Shown piece by piece: positions 40,224 through 50,212 of a stretch of 64,000 bases of DNA. The position numbers and the translations under genes were made by a program. Source of the DNA: Promethearchaeia archaeon (lineage in GTDB: Archaea > Asgardarchaeota > Lokiarchaeia > Sigyniarchaeales > SOKP01); assembly GCA_029856155.1 (NCBI GenBank), contig JAHQWL010000081.1, positions 7,812 to 71,811 of the forward strand, written 5' to 3'. The notes beneath the pieces are model-generated. The model did not search any database, had not been told where the DNA came from, and saw nothing but the letters and a program-made list of their open reading frames with translations. Every line of letters begins with the position of its first letter. Position 1 is the stretch's first letter.

Positions 40224-40529
40224 CCCATCAAAAAGTTACAAGTTTAAAAATAACAAGTAAGAATAATGATCGTTTTTTTGAATAATTTTCTCCTACCAGA
40301 GAGAATGGTGAGAAGATTTTCTAATTAAGTCATTCGCTAATCTCTTTTCCCTTCGAAAAAACTCTTCTCAAAAATTCTCTCTTTTTTTCTTTAAATTTCT
40401 GGCTTTAATATGGACACATAATTCTGATTGTTTTATTTAATCAACTTTATAAAAATTGGACTATTCAAGAATTATTAACAAAGTATCTTTTTGATTGTTA
40501 TAGTAAAAGCTATTATCAAAAAAAAATAA

Positions 40530-41108
40530 ATGATAGAAATGAGTGGAGAAAATAAATATCGTCATAGGTATTATTATAAAGAATCTTATGAAGCAGCTAT
40601 AGGAACTTTTGCTACAGGTATAGTTTTTCTTTTTGTGGCAATATTATCACTGTTTTTTAGAACCTTTGATATAACGTTTATAGGACTTGCATGGTGGGGT
40701 TATTGGCTTTTCATTCCTGCTTTTTTCATCTTCATTGGAGGATTTGACCAACTTTATCGAAATTATAAGTATAAAGAAGTTGTTAAGAATGCTGTTGCTC
40801 AACGAGATTTTCAAGGAACATATAAACTGGAGCATATCGCATTGGAAATAGGTATGAAACCAAGCGTACTACTACGTGTATTAGTAGATCTAAGAAATAA
40901 AGGAATATTAAAGTATAGTTTTGATGCGGATTCAGGACAAATTATCTTAGGCCAAACAATAAAATATACTCAAGCGACTGAATATGTTCCACCTCCTAAA
41001 AAGATAGAAGAGCCTTTACCAACAGAAGGAAAAAACTTTTGCGTCTATTGTGGTCATAAACTTGAATCAAGTGGAAATTTCTGTCCTAATTGTGGGTCTA
41101 ATCTTTAA
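40530..41108 (+). CDS. 2-TM protein with a wHTH-like region and C-terminal zinc ribbon
   Basis: Two hydrophobic helices, LEHIALEIGMKPSVLLRVLVDLRNKGIL, and a C-terminal CVYCGHKLESSGNFCPNCG. Confidence 0.5.
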   Translation: MIEMSGENKYRHRYYYKESYEAAIGTFATGIVFLFVAILSLFFRTFDITFIGLAWWGYWLFIPAFFIFIGGFDQLYRNYKYKEVVKNAVAQRDFQGTYKLEHIALEIGMKPSVLLRVLVDLRNKGILKYSFDADSGQIILGQTIKYTQATEYVPPPKKIEEPLPTEGKNFCVYCGHKLESSGNFCPNCGSNL

Positions 41109-41197
41109 ATTTCTTTTAAAATCTACACCATTTTTTCTTTTTTCATTAATCCTTTTGGCAATTTTAAAAGCTTTTTTTTAATGAACTTATATCTAAA

Positions 41198-41392
41198 TTA
41201 AGTTCTTCTTCTATCAGAAATTAAAATTCCACCAATACCAACATTTTCTGGCAAGTTTTCTTTAATAACTATAATAATGTGTTCTTTTGGAATATTATAG
41301 GCTCTTTCGACAGCAATAGTAATCTCTTTAATTAAATTTCGTTTTACTTCTAGATTTTCGATTTTAGGCCCATCTATTGTGATATTCGGCAT
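41198..41392 (-). CDS. 4-oxalocrotonate tautomerase family protein
   Basis: MPNITIDGPKI..VKRNLIKEITIAVERAYNIPKEHIIIVIKE has the N-terminal Pro1 and the beta-alpha-beta pattern. 64 aa. Confidence 0.7.
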   Translation of the reverse strand: MPNITIDGPKIENLEVKRNLIKEITIAVERAYNIPKEHIIIVIKENLPENVGIGGILISDRRRT

Positions 41393-41730
41393 AAATTAAT
41401 ACCTCCTTATATTTTTTAAAATGTAATGAATTAATTTTTTTATATTTTAAATAAATACTTAAATGATTAAATAAATTAATCATAAAAATCAAGAATACAT
41501 CTTGGTAAAATGAAGAATTTTCTAATCCCTAAACCTAAATCTGGGGGGTCAATCCTTTCTTATAAATGTAACGGCAAATTTAAACATTGTATGTATTTTA
41601 TCCATGTTTGCTTTGATATCAGAAAAGATGTAGTTTTGAAAACTAATAAAATAAATGAACTCACCCCTGCTGAATTATATCATCACATTAAAAAAAAAAA
41701 AGAAAATTTAGAATAGATTTAAATTTAGGA

Positions 41731-43137
41731 TTAAAGGTTTATCTTTTTCTCAGAGTGAAGTTTCCTTGCATCTTCAGTTAATTGAGTATACTTTTCTTTA
41801 TCGATTGGGAAATACCTCATAGCTATTATTCCAATAATTAAAAATACTATTGGTAAGATAACCATGAGACTTCGAAGACCAAATTCCACCGCATATTCTG
41901 CTGTGCTAAGATCGAAGATATTCCAATCTGTTCCAATGAATACTAATCCTATTGAGAGAAATACTACTACATTGGAGAATTTTACGATGAAGCCGTTTAT
42001 TCCATAGAAATTACCCTCCCTTCTTACTCCCGTTTTTAATTCATCCTCATCGATAATTGCAGCAATTGTAATATCTCTAACAATTAATACTCCTGCCAGC
42101 CCAATGCCTAATAAAAAGAAAAATATAAAACCTAAGAGTACTCCTCTAATAAACATGAGAGGTAACAATGTTATAATAAAAACAATCAAAGACAATATAT
42201 AAGATCCTTTAGCACCAAGTTTATTTACAATTATTCGCCATGGAAATACAAATATTGCAGCTGAAACAAAACCAGTACCAAGTATTAAAGATAGCGTACC
42301 GGCATCTGAAACGCCTAAACATACCGCTCCATAAATTGGCATTATAGTAGGAATCATATTAAATGCATACCATAATGAAAAATTCCCAAGAACATATAGC
42401 TTGAACGATTTGTATCCAAATGTATATTTTAATGCTTGTCTAAACGGGGGAACCCTTTCATAGTCCTTAGAAAATTCAATTCTTTCTTTCAATCCAAATT
42501 TAATAAAAATAAACGCCCCAATTGCGCAAATAATTGAAATAACTGCAGCAGCTATTATGTATTGCAAATGTGTAGTTCCAATAGGTATATTTTCACTGGT
42601 GAAGCTATCAATTAGAACTCCAGGTAATAAGAACGCAATCAATAATGATATCACTTGAAAAAATTGGATTGAATTATTAGCTTTAGATCTTTGATCTAAA
42701 TCTCGAAACATCTCTGGAAATAAACTCGTTTGGTTTAATGAATACATTGTATAAAACAGTTCCCAAATTACAATTATGATTAAGAAATAAAAAAATGAAA
42801 GAAGATCAGATCCCCTAGGTGCCGTAAATAGTAGAATATTTAGAACAAGCAGTGGAATTATACCTATTATGATGAATGGTTTTCTACGACCCATTTTAAA
42901 GTGTGATCTATCAGAAATTGCCCCGAGCATTGGATCATTAAAAGCATTCCATATTGCCCAGAGTATGAAACCAAGAGATATCAATCCTGCAGGCAATTCT
43001 ATTATAGAAAAATAAAATGTAAATATTAAGAAAGTAAAAGATTGCAAAAAAATAACATCCGTAAAGCCAGCAAAACTATAAAGCACAGCTTTTTTTAAAG
43101 AATATTCTTCCTCTACATTGGGTTTTTCTTTAGACAT
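41731..43137 (-). CDS. GPH-family (glycoside-pentoside-hexuronide) / MFS cation symporter
   Basis: GAISDRSHFKMGRRKPFIIIG is the GPH loop 2-3 signature. About 12 TM segments. Confidence 0.8.
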   Translation of the reverse strand: MSKEKPNVEEEYSLKKAVLYSFAGFTDVIFLQSFTFLIFTFYFSIIELPAGLISLGFILWAIWNAFNDPMLGAISDRSHFKMGRRKPFIIIGIIPLLVLNILLFTAPRGSDLLSFFYFLIIIVIWELFYTMYSLNQTSLFPEMFRDLDQRSKANNSIQFFQVISLLIAFLLPGVLIDSFTSENIPIGTTHLQYIIAAAVISIICAIGAFIFIKFGLKERIEFSKDYERVPPFRQALKYTFGYKSFKLYVLGNFSLWYAFNMIPTIMPIYGAVCLGVSDAGTLSLILGTGFVSAAIFVFPWRIIVNKLGAKGSYILSLIVFIITLLPLMFIRGVLLGFIFFFLLGIGLAGVLIVRDITIAAIIDEDELKTGVRREGNFYGINGFIVKFSNVVVFLSIGLVFIGTDWNIFDLSTAEYAVEFGLRSLMVILPIVFLIIGIIAMRYFPIDKEKYTQLTEDARKLHSEKKINL

Positions 43138-43440
43138 AATTTTTTCCTATTTATTATTATTAGAACGATCTATGTAAAAAGTTAATAATATTTTGTTCGC
43201 AATATTTATAAAAATTCTTTAAACAAAATAATTATTTTATTTTAATTTTCAATATCATTTTAATGCAACAACCAGCTATTCAAATTTCCACTAAATTCAG
43301 AGAGGCTTTTTTTTTAAATATCAGATCAGTTTTAAATGTTACAAATTTAAATTTCTCCGAGCTGACAAATAATTTCAAAAGGATTTATTAATAAAGATCT
43401 CTCTGATACTTCTTTTGAAAAAACCCCTAATTTAGGGAAT

Positions 43441-43845
43441 TTGAACCTTTTTGATCGTAATGATTTTCAAAATTCAACGAATAGTGTAATTTCGAATCTT
43501 GTCACGGAGTTATTTAATAACATCAAATCAAAGGAAGAGTTTAAATATATTTCTGATTTGTTAATTACTTCTCTACATGAATATAAAAAGAGATTTCCAA
43601 TTGATATAGAAACTGAGAATATAGAAAATTCTTTTATTGAATTCAATAAAAGTGAATCTAACAACTCGAGATATAACTTTAATGATTCATATGACGAATA
43701 TCTTTCCATTTCAAATGATATCCACACTATATTATCAATTTGTCAGGATTTAACTAACACGCAGAAACTTGATTTCTGTAATAATCAAAGGTATTTCATG
43801 AAATTGTATTTAAAAGAATTATTACTAAAAATTAATAAAGCGTGA
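43441..43845 (+). CDS. Hypothetical protein (possibly 43263-43845 with a frameshift at the A4 run 43377-43380)
   Basis: TTG start in the track. An upstream 42-aa ATG ORF (43263-43391, MQQPAIQISTKFREAFF..) overlaps out of frame. Removing one A at 43377-43380 joins the two. The 3' end is duplicated as a remnant at 44788-44886. Confidence 0.4.
   Translation: MNLFDRNDFQNSTNSVISNLVTELFNNIKSKEEFKYISDLLITSLHEYKKRFPIDIETENIENSFIEFNKSESNNSRYNFNDSYDEYLSISNDIHTILSICQDLTNTQKLDFCNNQRYFMKLYLKELLLKINKA
43761..43779 (+). other. Hairpin gcagaaa-cttga-tttctgt (7-bp stem if the terminal G-U pair is allowed)
   Basis: An inverted repeat read directly from the sequence. It lies inside the 3' part of ORF 43441-43845 and is conserved in the non-coding remnant copy. 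Confidence 0.4.
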
Positions 43846-43942
43846 GTTTTGCTTAGAGTTTTAAGAATATTTTTCAAAATTAACTTTAATATAGTAATTG
43901 ACATTAAAAAATTAAAAAAAGGAAAAATTTAATTATTTTCTT

Positions 43943-44653
43943 TTAAGTTTTTAAACCTAGATACATCCAGACAGCAAATGTAGCCATAACAACCCTTATA
44001 ACGCCAATAGCAAGAGGAAGAGTAAGAATTGAATCTAAAGCTCCACATAGGACAAAAATTATGAAACCAATCGATAAATAGGTAAATTTTTTCCTTAATA
44101 AACCTGTTGCTTGTTTTGCCTTTACTGCCATTCCAATTCCTAAGAAGATTAACGATGTCACTAGAAATGCAGCCACCATAATAAACGTTGGATGAGTTTT
44201 ATTAAAACCTGCATCAATTAGACCATCAACGGGGGGTCTAACTTCGATAAATTCAAATGATTGCCCAGGATTTGGCTGAGTCCATAGAAAAAATTCAAAT
44301 ATTGCACCCAAAACTATAAAAATCCCAACCAAAACCCATTTATACTTCGGTATCAGAAGTTCCCCACCTAGATACATAGCAAAAAACAGAGCTGGTGCGA
44401 CCCAAGTGTAACTTAAAAATACATAAATTACTACAGGACTAATATTTGTATCTGTAATTAATTTGAAAAAGAAATCAGATGTTGGTCCGAGCCATAAGAA
44501 ACCAACGAAAATCATAACTAAACCCGCGAAAGTAAGTAGTTTTGCTTTCAGTTTTATTGATTTATAGATAGAAAACAAACCAAAAATAACCGAGGAAAAA
44601 ACTATTAGGGAAGCAGTTATCCCATCCAGCCAACCTTCAAAAACGATTGCCAT
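43943..44653 (-). CDS. 7-TM membrane protein, unknown family (paralogue 1)
   Basis: 236 aa with seven hydrophobic segments. The C-terminal block is nearly identical to the paralogue's (KFTYLSI..CGALDSILTLPLAIGVIRVVMATFA.WMYLGLKT). Confidence 0.6.
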   Translation of the reverse strand: MAIVFEGWLDGITASLIVFSSVIFGLFSIYKSIKLKAKLLTFAGLVMIFVGFLWLGPTSDFFFKLITDTNISPVVIYVFLSYTWVAPALFFAMYLGGELLIPKYKWVLVGIFIVLGAIFEFFLWTQPNPGQSFEFIEVRPPVDGLIDAGFNKTHPTFIMVAAFLVTSLIFLGIGMAVKAKQATGLLRKKFTYLSIGFIIFVLCGALDSILTLPLAIGVIRVVMATFAVWMYLGLKT

Positions 44654-44787
44654 TTGTATTTATACCCCTTTTTTATAAAAATTCAATTCAATTATAAAAT
44701 TATATATTTATTTAACTTAATTCTATTTATAATTATGTTTTTTGATGTAATATAAGAATATAATATATACTGAACAACTAAATTAAG

Positions 44788-44886
44788 ATCTCTATTTCAA
44801 ATGATATCCATTCGAATTTATCTAATTGCTCAGATTTAACTAACTCGCAGAAACTTGATTTCTGCAATAATAGAAATATTTTATAA
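44788..44886 (+). pseudogene. 3'-terminal remnant of a second copy of the 43441-43845 gene
   Basis: ISISNDIHSNLSNCSDLTNSQKLDFCNNRNIL* aligns with LSISNDIHTILSICQDLTNTQKLDFCNNQRYF.. of the intact copy. There is no start codon and it stops prematurely. Confidence 0.6.
44847..44865 (+). other. Hairpin gcagaaa-cttga-tttctgc (perfect 7-bp stem, 5-nt loop)
   Basis: A perfect inverted repeat. It sits in the best-conserved block of the pseudogene remnant, about 115 nt beyond the 3' end of the convergent 7-TM gene. Confidence 0.4.
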
Positions 44887-44978
44887 AATTTTATCTAAAG
44901 GAATTCTTAATGCAACTTAAAAAAACCTAATTTTAAATTAAACAAATTAAAAAAAAAGAAAAAATATTTTAATTTTTC

Positions 44979-45677
44979 TTATGTTTTAAGTCCTAAGTAC
45001 ATCCATAAAGCGAAAGTAGCCATAACGACTCTAATAACTCCTATAGCAAGAGGTAATGTAAGAATTGAATCTAAAGCACCGCATATTACAAATATTATAT
45101 TTGCTATAGACAAATATGTAAATTTTCTTCTTAATTGCCCTGTAGATTGCTTCGCTTTTATTGCAAAACCAATACCTAAAAACACAAGTGCGGATACTAG
45201 AAAAACAGCGACCATTAAAAATGTTGGATGAGTTCGTACAAAACTTGCATCTATTAAATCTTCACCTGGTTTTGCTAATTCCCATGTAAATGATGCATCT
45301 GTTTGAAACCATAAGAAGTATTCAAAGATTAATCCCAAGACTATAAAAATCCCTATTAAAGTCCATTTTCCTTTTGGAAAAATTAATTCACCTCCAAGAT
45401 AGATCGCACAGACTAAAGCAGGGGCAACCCACAGATAGCTTAATAAGGAATACACTTCAATTGGAGCAATATTCTCACCGGTCAATAAAACCATAAAAAG
45501 ATCTACTGTTGGTCCTAACCATAAACAACCAACAAAAAACATCATTAATGCTGCTACAGAAAGAAGTTTAGCTTTTAATTTTATTGATTTGTATAATGAT
45601 AATAACCCAAAAATCACTGAAGAAAGAATAATTAATGTTGCTGTCGATCCATCTAACAATCCTTCAAAGGAGACCAT
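44979..45677 (-). CDS. 7-TM membrane protein, unknown family (paralogue 2)
   Basis: 232 aa, collinear with 43943-44653 throughout. Confidence 0.6.
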   Translation of the reverse strand: MVSFEGLLDGSTATLIILSSVIFGLLSLYKSIKLKAKLLSVAALMMFFVGCLWLGPTVDLFMVLLTGENIAPIEVYSLLSYLWVAPALVCAIYLGGELIFPKGKWTLIGIFIVLGLIFEYFLWFQTDASFTWELAKPGEDLIDASFVRTHPTFLMVAVFLVSALVFLGIGFAIKAKQSTGQLRRKFTYLSIANIIFVICGALDSILTLPLAIGVIRVVMATFALWMYLGLKT

Positions 45678-45841
45678 TACATATTACACCTTATTTTATA
45701 ATTCATTTATTCAATTTTTAAAATTAAATATTTATTACTTCTGATTTTATTTATAACTATATTTTTTGATGTAACACAAGAATATAATATTTGCTGAATA
45801 ATTATATTAAGATTATTCTCTTCCTCATAATTTTAAATCAA

Positions 45842-46399
45842 TCATGAAATTTTTTTATAAATGAAAGTAAAAATTTTTTGTTTTTCTCTCTTATGAGCTA
45901 GTATATATTTTTCTTTCAAAATAGAGCTAAAATTTTCGAGTTTATGCCTATGAGATATAATAACTGCTCCTTTTTTTGCCGTTCTGAATAGATGTTTAAG
46001 ATATCTATGCATTGAAGGGAGTGAATAAATGTAAATATAATCGTATTCTTTTAAATTATGCAGAAAGAAATCTCCAAGCTTAATTTTTGTCTTTTTTAAT
46101 AGTCTTTTTTTATATTTTCCCTCCTTTTTCAATGATTTGATGCGATTATTTGCTTCTTTTTTTAGGTTTTGATTAATTTCAATTCCATGGGCTCTAATAC
46201 AATAATTTAAAACAGTAAAAATTACTATAGTTCCATTTCCCGCTCCTAAATCAATCAATTTTTGATTAGAGGCGTATTTTAAACCAAATTTAAGTTCAAG
46301 TGTTTTAAATATCTCTCTTAAAAATTCATTATTTGTCTCTGAAAAAGGTAGATCTAATTGCGAATGAAATTTGCCAAAATTCTTTACTTTCTTTTTCAA
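45842..46399 (-). CDS. Class I SAM-dependent methyltransferase
   Basis: KLIDLGAGNGTIVIF is motif I, in a short Rossmann-type protein. Confidence 0.6.
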   Translation of the reverse strand: MKKKVKNFGKFHSQLDLPFSETNNEFLREIFKTLELKFGLKYASNQKLIDLGAGNGTIVIFTVLNYCIRAHGIEINQNLKKEANNRIKSLKKEGKYKKRLLKKTKIKLGDFFLHNLKEYDYIYIYSLPSMHRYLKHLFRTAKKGAVIISHRHKLENFSSILKEKYILAHKREKQKIFTFIYKKIS

Positions 46400-46626
46400 T
46401 CTAATATCAATGCCCTTTTAGTTAAAATTTAGGAAGATCTAATATATAATAATTGAAGCTTTTTAATAAATGCCTTATAAAATGGATATAAAAATCTTTT
46501 ATTATTTATTCCGAGTTTTCCTAATATTAAAAGATGTAAATCTCACAAGCCTTTAAGATGTCACTTTAATACGATGTAACCTTTTACTATTTTAAAATTT
46601 CTTTATGATACATTAATATTCTTGTC

Positions 46627-47622
46627 ATGGCAAATATATTAATAACTGGTGGCACGGGTTTTATTGGAGTACCTTTAGTAAGGAAACTACAAAGTTTAGG
46701 ATATAACTTAAAGTTATTAGTAAGAGAGAGTAGTGATATAACTCCATTTGAAGGATTAAAAAACATTGAATATTTCTATGGTGATGTTCGAGATATTGAG
46801 ATTCTTTACAAAGCTGCAGAAAATATAGATTTAATATATCATCTAGCAGCTTATACCAGAATGTGGGCAAAAGACAAGTCAATTATCGAGGACACTAATG
46901 TAAAAGGCACTGAAAATATTGCTCAAATAGCTTTAGAAAAAAAAATTCGCCTCATCTATATCAGTTCTTTTATTGCTTTGGGGGGAACTCCGATTGATCC
47001 TGTGGATGAAACCTATGAGTGTGAGGATGGATTATATCTTGATTATGCAAAGACAAAATTTCAAGCCAAAAAACTAATAAAAGATTTTATTAACAAAGAT
47101 CTTAATGTAACTATATTTTACCCGGGAATAGTCTATGGTCCTGGAGATTTTAATATATTTGGTCAAATAGTTTTAGACATTACGGCAAGGAAGTTCTTAG
47201 GATGCCCTGGAAAAGGAGACAATATCGGAAATTTTGTATATGTGAATGATGTTGTTGATGGAGTTATAAGTGTTATTGATCGAAACGACTTAAAAGGCGA
47301 AGATTTCATTCTTGGGGGAATTAATATCAAATTTAAGGATTGGTTAGATTTAATTGCTGAAATAGCAGGAAATAAAAAAAATCCACGACATTTTCCAATG
47401 AGTTTTGCCAAATTATATGGCTTATTATGTGAATTAAAAACAAAATTGACTAAAACAATGCCATATACCAATAGATCAACCGTTAAAATGATTAATCATA
47501 ATTGGTCATATTCCTCTGAAAAAGCAATTGAAAAATTAGGTTACAAGATTACTCCTTTAAGAGAAGGATTAGAAGAGACGATAAAATGGTACAAAGAATA
47601 TATAGAAAAAGAAAAAAATTAG
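46627..47622 (+). CDS. NAD(P)-dependent epimerase/dehydratase (extended SDR)
   Basis: ILITGGTGFIGVPLV and YAKTK (YxxxK). Confidence 0.8.
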   Translation: MANILITGGTGFIGVPLVRKLQSLGYNLKLLVRESSDITPFEGLKNIEYFYGDVRDIEILYKAAENIDLIYHLAAYTRMWAKDKSIIEDTNVKGTENIAQIALEKKIRLIYISSFIALGGTPIDPVDETYECEDGLYLDYAKTKFQAKKLIKDFINKDLNVTIFYPGIVYGPGDFNIFGQIVLDITARKFLGCPGKGDNIGNFVYVNDVVDGVISVIDRNDLKGEDFILGGINIKFKDWLDLIAEIAGNKKNPRHFPMSFAKLYGLLCELKTKLTKTMPYTNRSTVKMINHNWSYSSEKAIEKLGYKITPLREGLEETIKWYKEYIEKEKN

Positions 47623-47640
47623 GAAGAGTGTTTTAAGGAA

Positions 47641-48111
47641 ATGCTGGAAGAAGAAATGACGAGTAAAATTGTAGATAAAGAAGCTTACAAGACAAAAATT
47701 ACAAAAAAATACACCACATTTCTATCAAAATATCCTGAAATTTTTTCTGATCTAATTAGTGGGTCAGATTTTGATTTTGCCCTTTATGATTCGATTGAAG
47801 CATATGATAAGAGAGCTCCTATAGATATTTTTAATGTCTATCGAAATGGAAATGGGATTGAAATAAAACCGGGGAGTGCTATTGATTCAGATTTGGAACT
47901 AGCACTCTCATTAGATGCCGTAGAAAAATTAATCCAAACAAAAACGAGGTTAGAATATGCACAACTTTTAGGATCTTTTTATAATGATCCAGACGAGAAA
48001 AATGGATGGATTGATTTTATGTTGCATAAAAGAACACAAACCTTAATTGATATGGGTTATGGTAAATTTGCTCAAACTGCCGGCATCCTCAAAGATGAAG
48101 ACGAGACATAA
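47641..48111 (+). CDS. Small protein, possibly SCP2-like
   Basis: ..IEIKPGSAIDSDLELALSLDAVEKLIQTKTRLEYAQLLGSFY.. loosely follows the SCP2 pattern (aD..l......l..l..g....). Weak call. Confidence 0.3.
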   Translation: MLEEEMTSKIVDKEAYKTKITKKYTTFLSKYPEIFSDLISGSDFDFALYDSIEAYDKRAPIDIFNVYRNGNGIEIKPGSAIDSDLELALSLDAVEKLIQTKTRLEYAQLLGSFYNDPDEKNGWIDFMLHKRTQTLIDMGYGKFAQTAGILKDEDET

Positions 48112-48163
48112 GGTTTGCACTTTTTATTCTATATTTGATATTGAAAAAAACTAATTAAGAATT

Positions 48164-49657
48164 ATGCCAAAATTACAAGAATTAGAAATAAAAAATAAGT
48201 ACACTGGTGAACTTATAAGAACAGTTCCCGCTGATACACCGGAAACAGTTAGAGCAAAAATAAAAAAGATACATAAAAATGAACATCTACTAAAAGAGAT
48301 GGATTTTTTTGAGCGTTCTCAACTTCTTTCTAAATTTGCTACTAAATTACGATTTAAAAAATCCCAATTGAAGGATTTGGTTGTGGCAGAAGGAGGTTTA
48401 CCCATTAAGTATTCTGAATGGGAATTAAATATTGTAATGAATGGTTTTAAATTTTGTGATTGGTATTATCAATTCTTAGAAGAAAAACCATTAACAAGTA
48501 TAGAAGGAGAACAACTCGTTAAAATCAGGTACATTCCGCATGGTTTAGCAGCATGCATTTCTCCTCGTAATACTCCTTTAAGTCTTCCTCTCTATCAATT
48601 AGGTGCAAATTATCTAGTAGGAAACGGAGCTATAGTAAAACCCTCTACAGCATGTCCATTAACAATGATAGAAGCTTATTCAATAATGAAAGAAATGGAT
48701 TTACCAGCTCTTGAAGCTTTAGATTTAGCTATAGCTCCTGGAGAATGGGCAGTAGATGAATTCATTAAATCACCCTTAATTAAAACTTTGATGACAATTA
48801 CTGCATCTCATACAGCAAAGGATATCTTAGCACGTTATGGTAGATTTTTGAAAAAAACCGTCGATAGGTCGATGGGAGTTCCTATGTATACTCAACCATT
48901 TAAAAACTTTTTTTTCGAATGTGCTGGTAACGATGCAGGTATAGTAATGGATGATGTAAATTTAGAAAAAGTAGCAAAATGGAATGTCATGGCTAGTTAT
49001 ACTAATTCTGGACAACAATGCTTTTCAATGAAAAGAATTATTGTTCATAAAGACATTTATGATGAATATTTAGAATGTCTTGTAAAAGAAATTCAAAATT
49101 TAAAGTATGGAGATCCAACCGATCCAGATGTAGATATTGGTCCTTTAGGGAGTAGGAGAATCTTGATGATGATGGAGGTAATGGTAGAGGATGCAAAAAA
49201 ATATAATGCTAAAATCTTTACGGGAGGTGAAAAAATCGATACAGGGGAGGATTATGGGTTGTTTTACACACCAACTCTAGTTGAGATTAAACCAGAATTG
49301 TGTGAAGATTTATTAAAGGCTCCATTTCTATGGAGAGAGGAAGCATTTGGACCTGTCCGTTCTATTACTAAAGCTAATGACATAAAAGATGCAATAAGAT
49401 TAGCAAACGCGAGTAACTATGGTATGAGGGCAGTTGTTTACACATCAAATTTGAAAAATATCGAGACTTTTAAGAATGATTTAGAAGCAGCGAATATTTA
49501 TATAAATGCAAGACCCATGCTTGTTGATATTACCGTTTCATTAGGGGGAATTAAAGATTCTGCTTATCCCGCAGGTTGTAAATATTACCCTCAGGAATTA
49601 GTTTATGGAAAATACATCTACGATGGGACTCCAATAAATTTAGAGAAAATTAAATAA
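48164..49657 (+). CDS. Aldehyde dehydrogenase family protein
   Basis: FFECAGNDAGIVMDDV covers the catalytic Glu region, NSGQQCFSMKRIIV carries the catalytic Cys, and EEAFGPV is present. Confidence 0.8.
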   Translation: MPKLQELEIKNKYTGELIRTVPADTPETVRAKIKKIHKNEHLLKEMDFFERSQLLSKFATKLRFKKSQLKDLVVAEGGLPIKYSEWELNIVMNGFKFCDWYYQFLEEKPLTSIEGEQLVKIRYIPHGLAACISPRNTPLSLPLYQLGANYLVGNGAIVKPSTACPLTMIEAYSIMKEMDLPALEALDLAIAPGEWAVDEFIKSPLIKTLMTITASHTAKDILARYGRFLKKTVDRSMGVPMYTQPFKNFFFECAGNDAGIVMDDVNLEKVAKWNVMASYTNSGQQCFSMKRIIVHKDIYDEYLECLVKEIQNLKYGDPTDPDVDIGPLGSRRILMMMEVMVEDAKKYNAKIFTGGEKIDTGEDYGLFYTPTLVEIKPELCEDLLKAPFLWREEAFGPVRSITKANDIKDAIRLANASNYGMRAVVYTSNLKNIETFKNDLEAANIYINARPMLVDITVSLGGIKDSAYPAGCKYYPQELVYGKYIYDGTPINLEKIK

Positions 49658-49669
49658 TTTTAATGCACA

Positions 49670-50077
49670 ATGGATACTGAAGAATTATTCAAAAAATTGA
49701 AGGGTTATTTTTCAACTAATCTGGATTTAATGAGACATCTTAATGTACACGCATGTTGGGAATATATTATTGCTACAAATTCTACGAATGAAGAAAATTT
49801 CAAACTACACTATTTTTTGTATAAAGAACAAGAGAAAAAATTGGAAATAACGAAAGATAATCCAAATATTAAACCAGATTTAATTTTATATTTTACTGAA
49901 AAAGCAATATTGGATTTAATTAAAGGAGATCCGAGTGCTGAAGAATATTATTCTCGGTATCGTGAACTAATGAATAATTCTAAACCTGGAATTGAAGTGG
50001 ATAATAAAGTGAATAAACCTCGATTGAAACTATGGCAAATGGGATATAAAAAGTGGCAGTCTGATTTTAAATTTTAA
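49670..50077 (+). CDS. Small protein, possibly SCP2-like
   Basis: KPDLILYFTEKAILDLIKGDPSAEEYY resembles the SCP2 core (aDv.l.......dl..Gkl.p..a). Weak call. Confidence 0.35.
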   Translation: MDTEELFKKLKGYFSTNLDLMRHLNVHACWEYIIATNSTNEENFKLHYFLYKEQEKKLEITKDNPNIKPDLILYFTEKAILDLIKGDPSAEEYYSRYRELMNNSKPGIEVDNKVNKPRLKLWQMGYKKWQSDFKF

Positions 50078-50212
50078 AACAATTAATTTAATCATTTACG
50101 TCCTTATTTTAATCTAACAATTTTAGATTCTATTTAACATTTTAAAGAGTAATTTTTATATTAGTTAATATCACAATTAATTCTATTGATATTAATTAAA
50201 TAATTGGTTAAA

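Larger units (their letters stand above)
43699..44787. repeat. Diverged tandem duplication, unit 1 (3' end of the hypothetical gene, 7-TM gene and its upstream region)
   Basis: It aligns by eye with 44788-45813. The shared blocks are atttcaaatgatatcca, gatttaactaac.cgcagaaacttgatttctg.aataat, the 7-TM CDS, and the upstream block ttatttataa.tat.ttttttgatgtaa.a.aagaatataatat. Confidence 0.75.
44788..45813. repeat. Diverged tandem duplication, unit 2
   Basis: See unit 1. Both units end in the ttaagat junction motif (44783-44789 and 45807-45813). Confidence 0.75.

Noticed and set aside
41510-41716. 68-aa ORF MKNFLIPKPKSGG..
   Set aside because: It has no motif. It lies in the AT-rich spacer between two minus-strand genes, and its composition is typical of random AT-rich frames. 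Not called as a gene.
43943-45677. The 7-TM paralogues as microbial rhodopsins or heliorhodopsins
   Set aside because: There is no Lys in the seventh helix (AIGVIRVVMATFAVWMYLGL) for a retinal Schiff base, and none of the rhodopsin helix-3 motifs are present.
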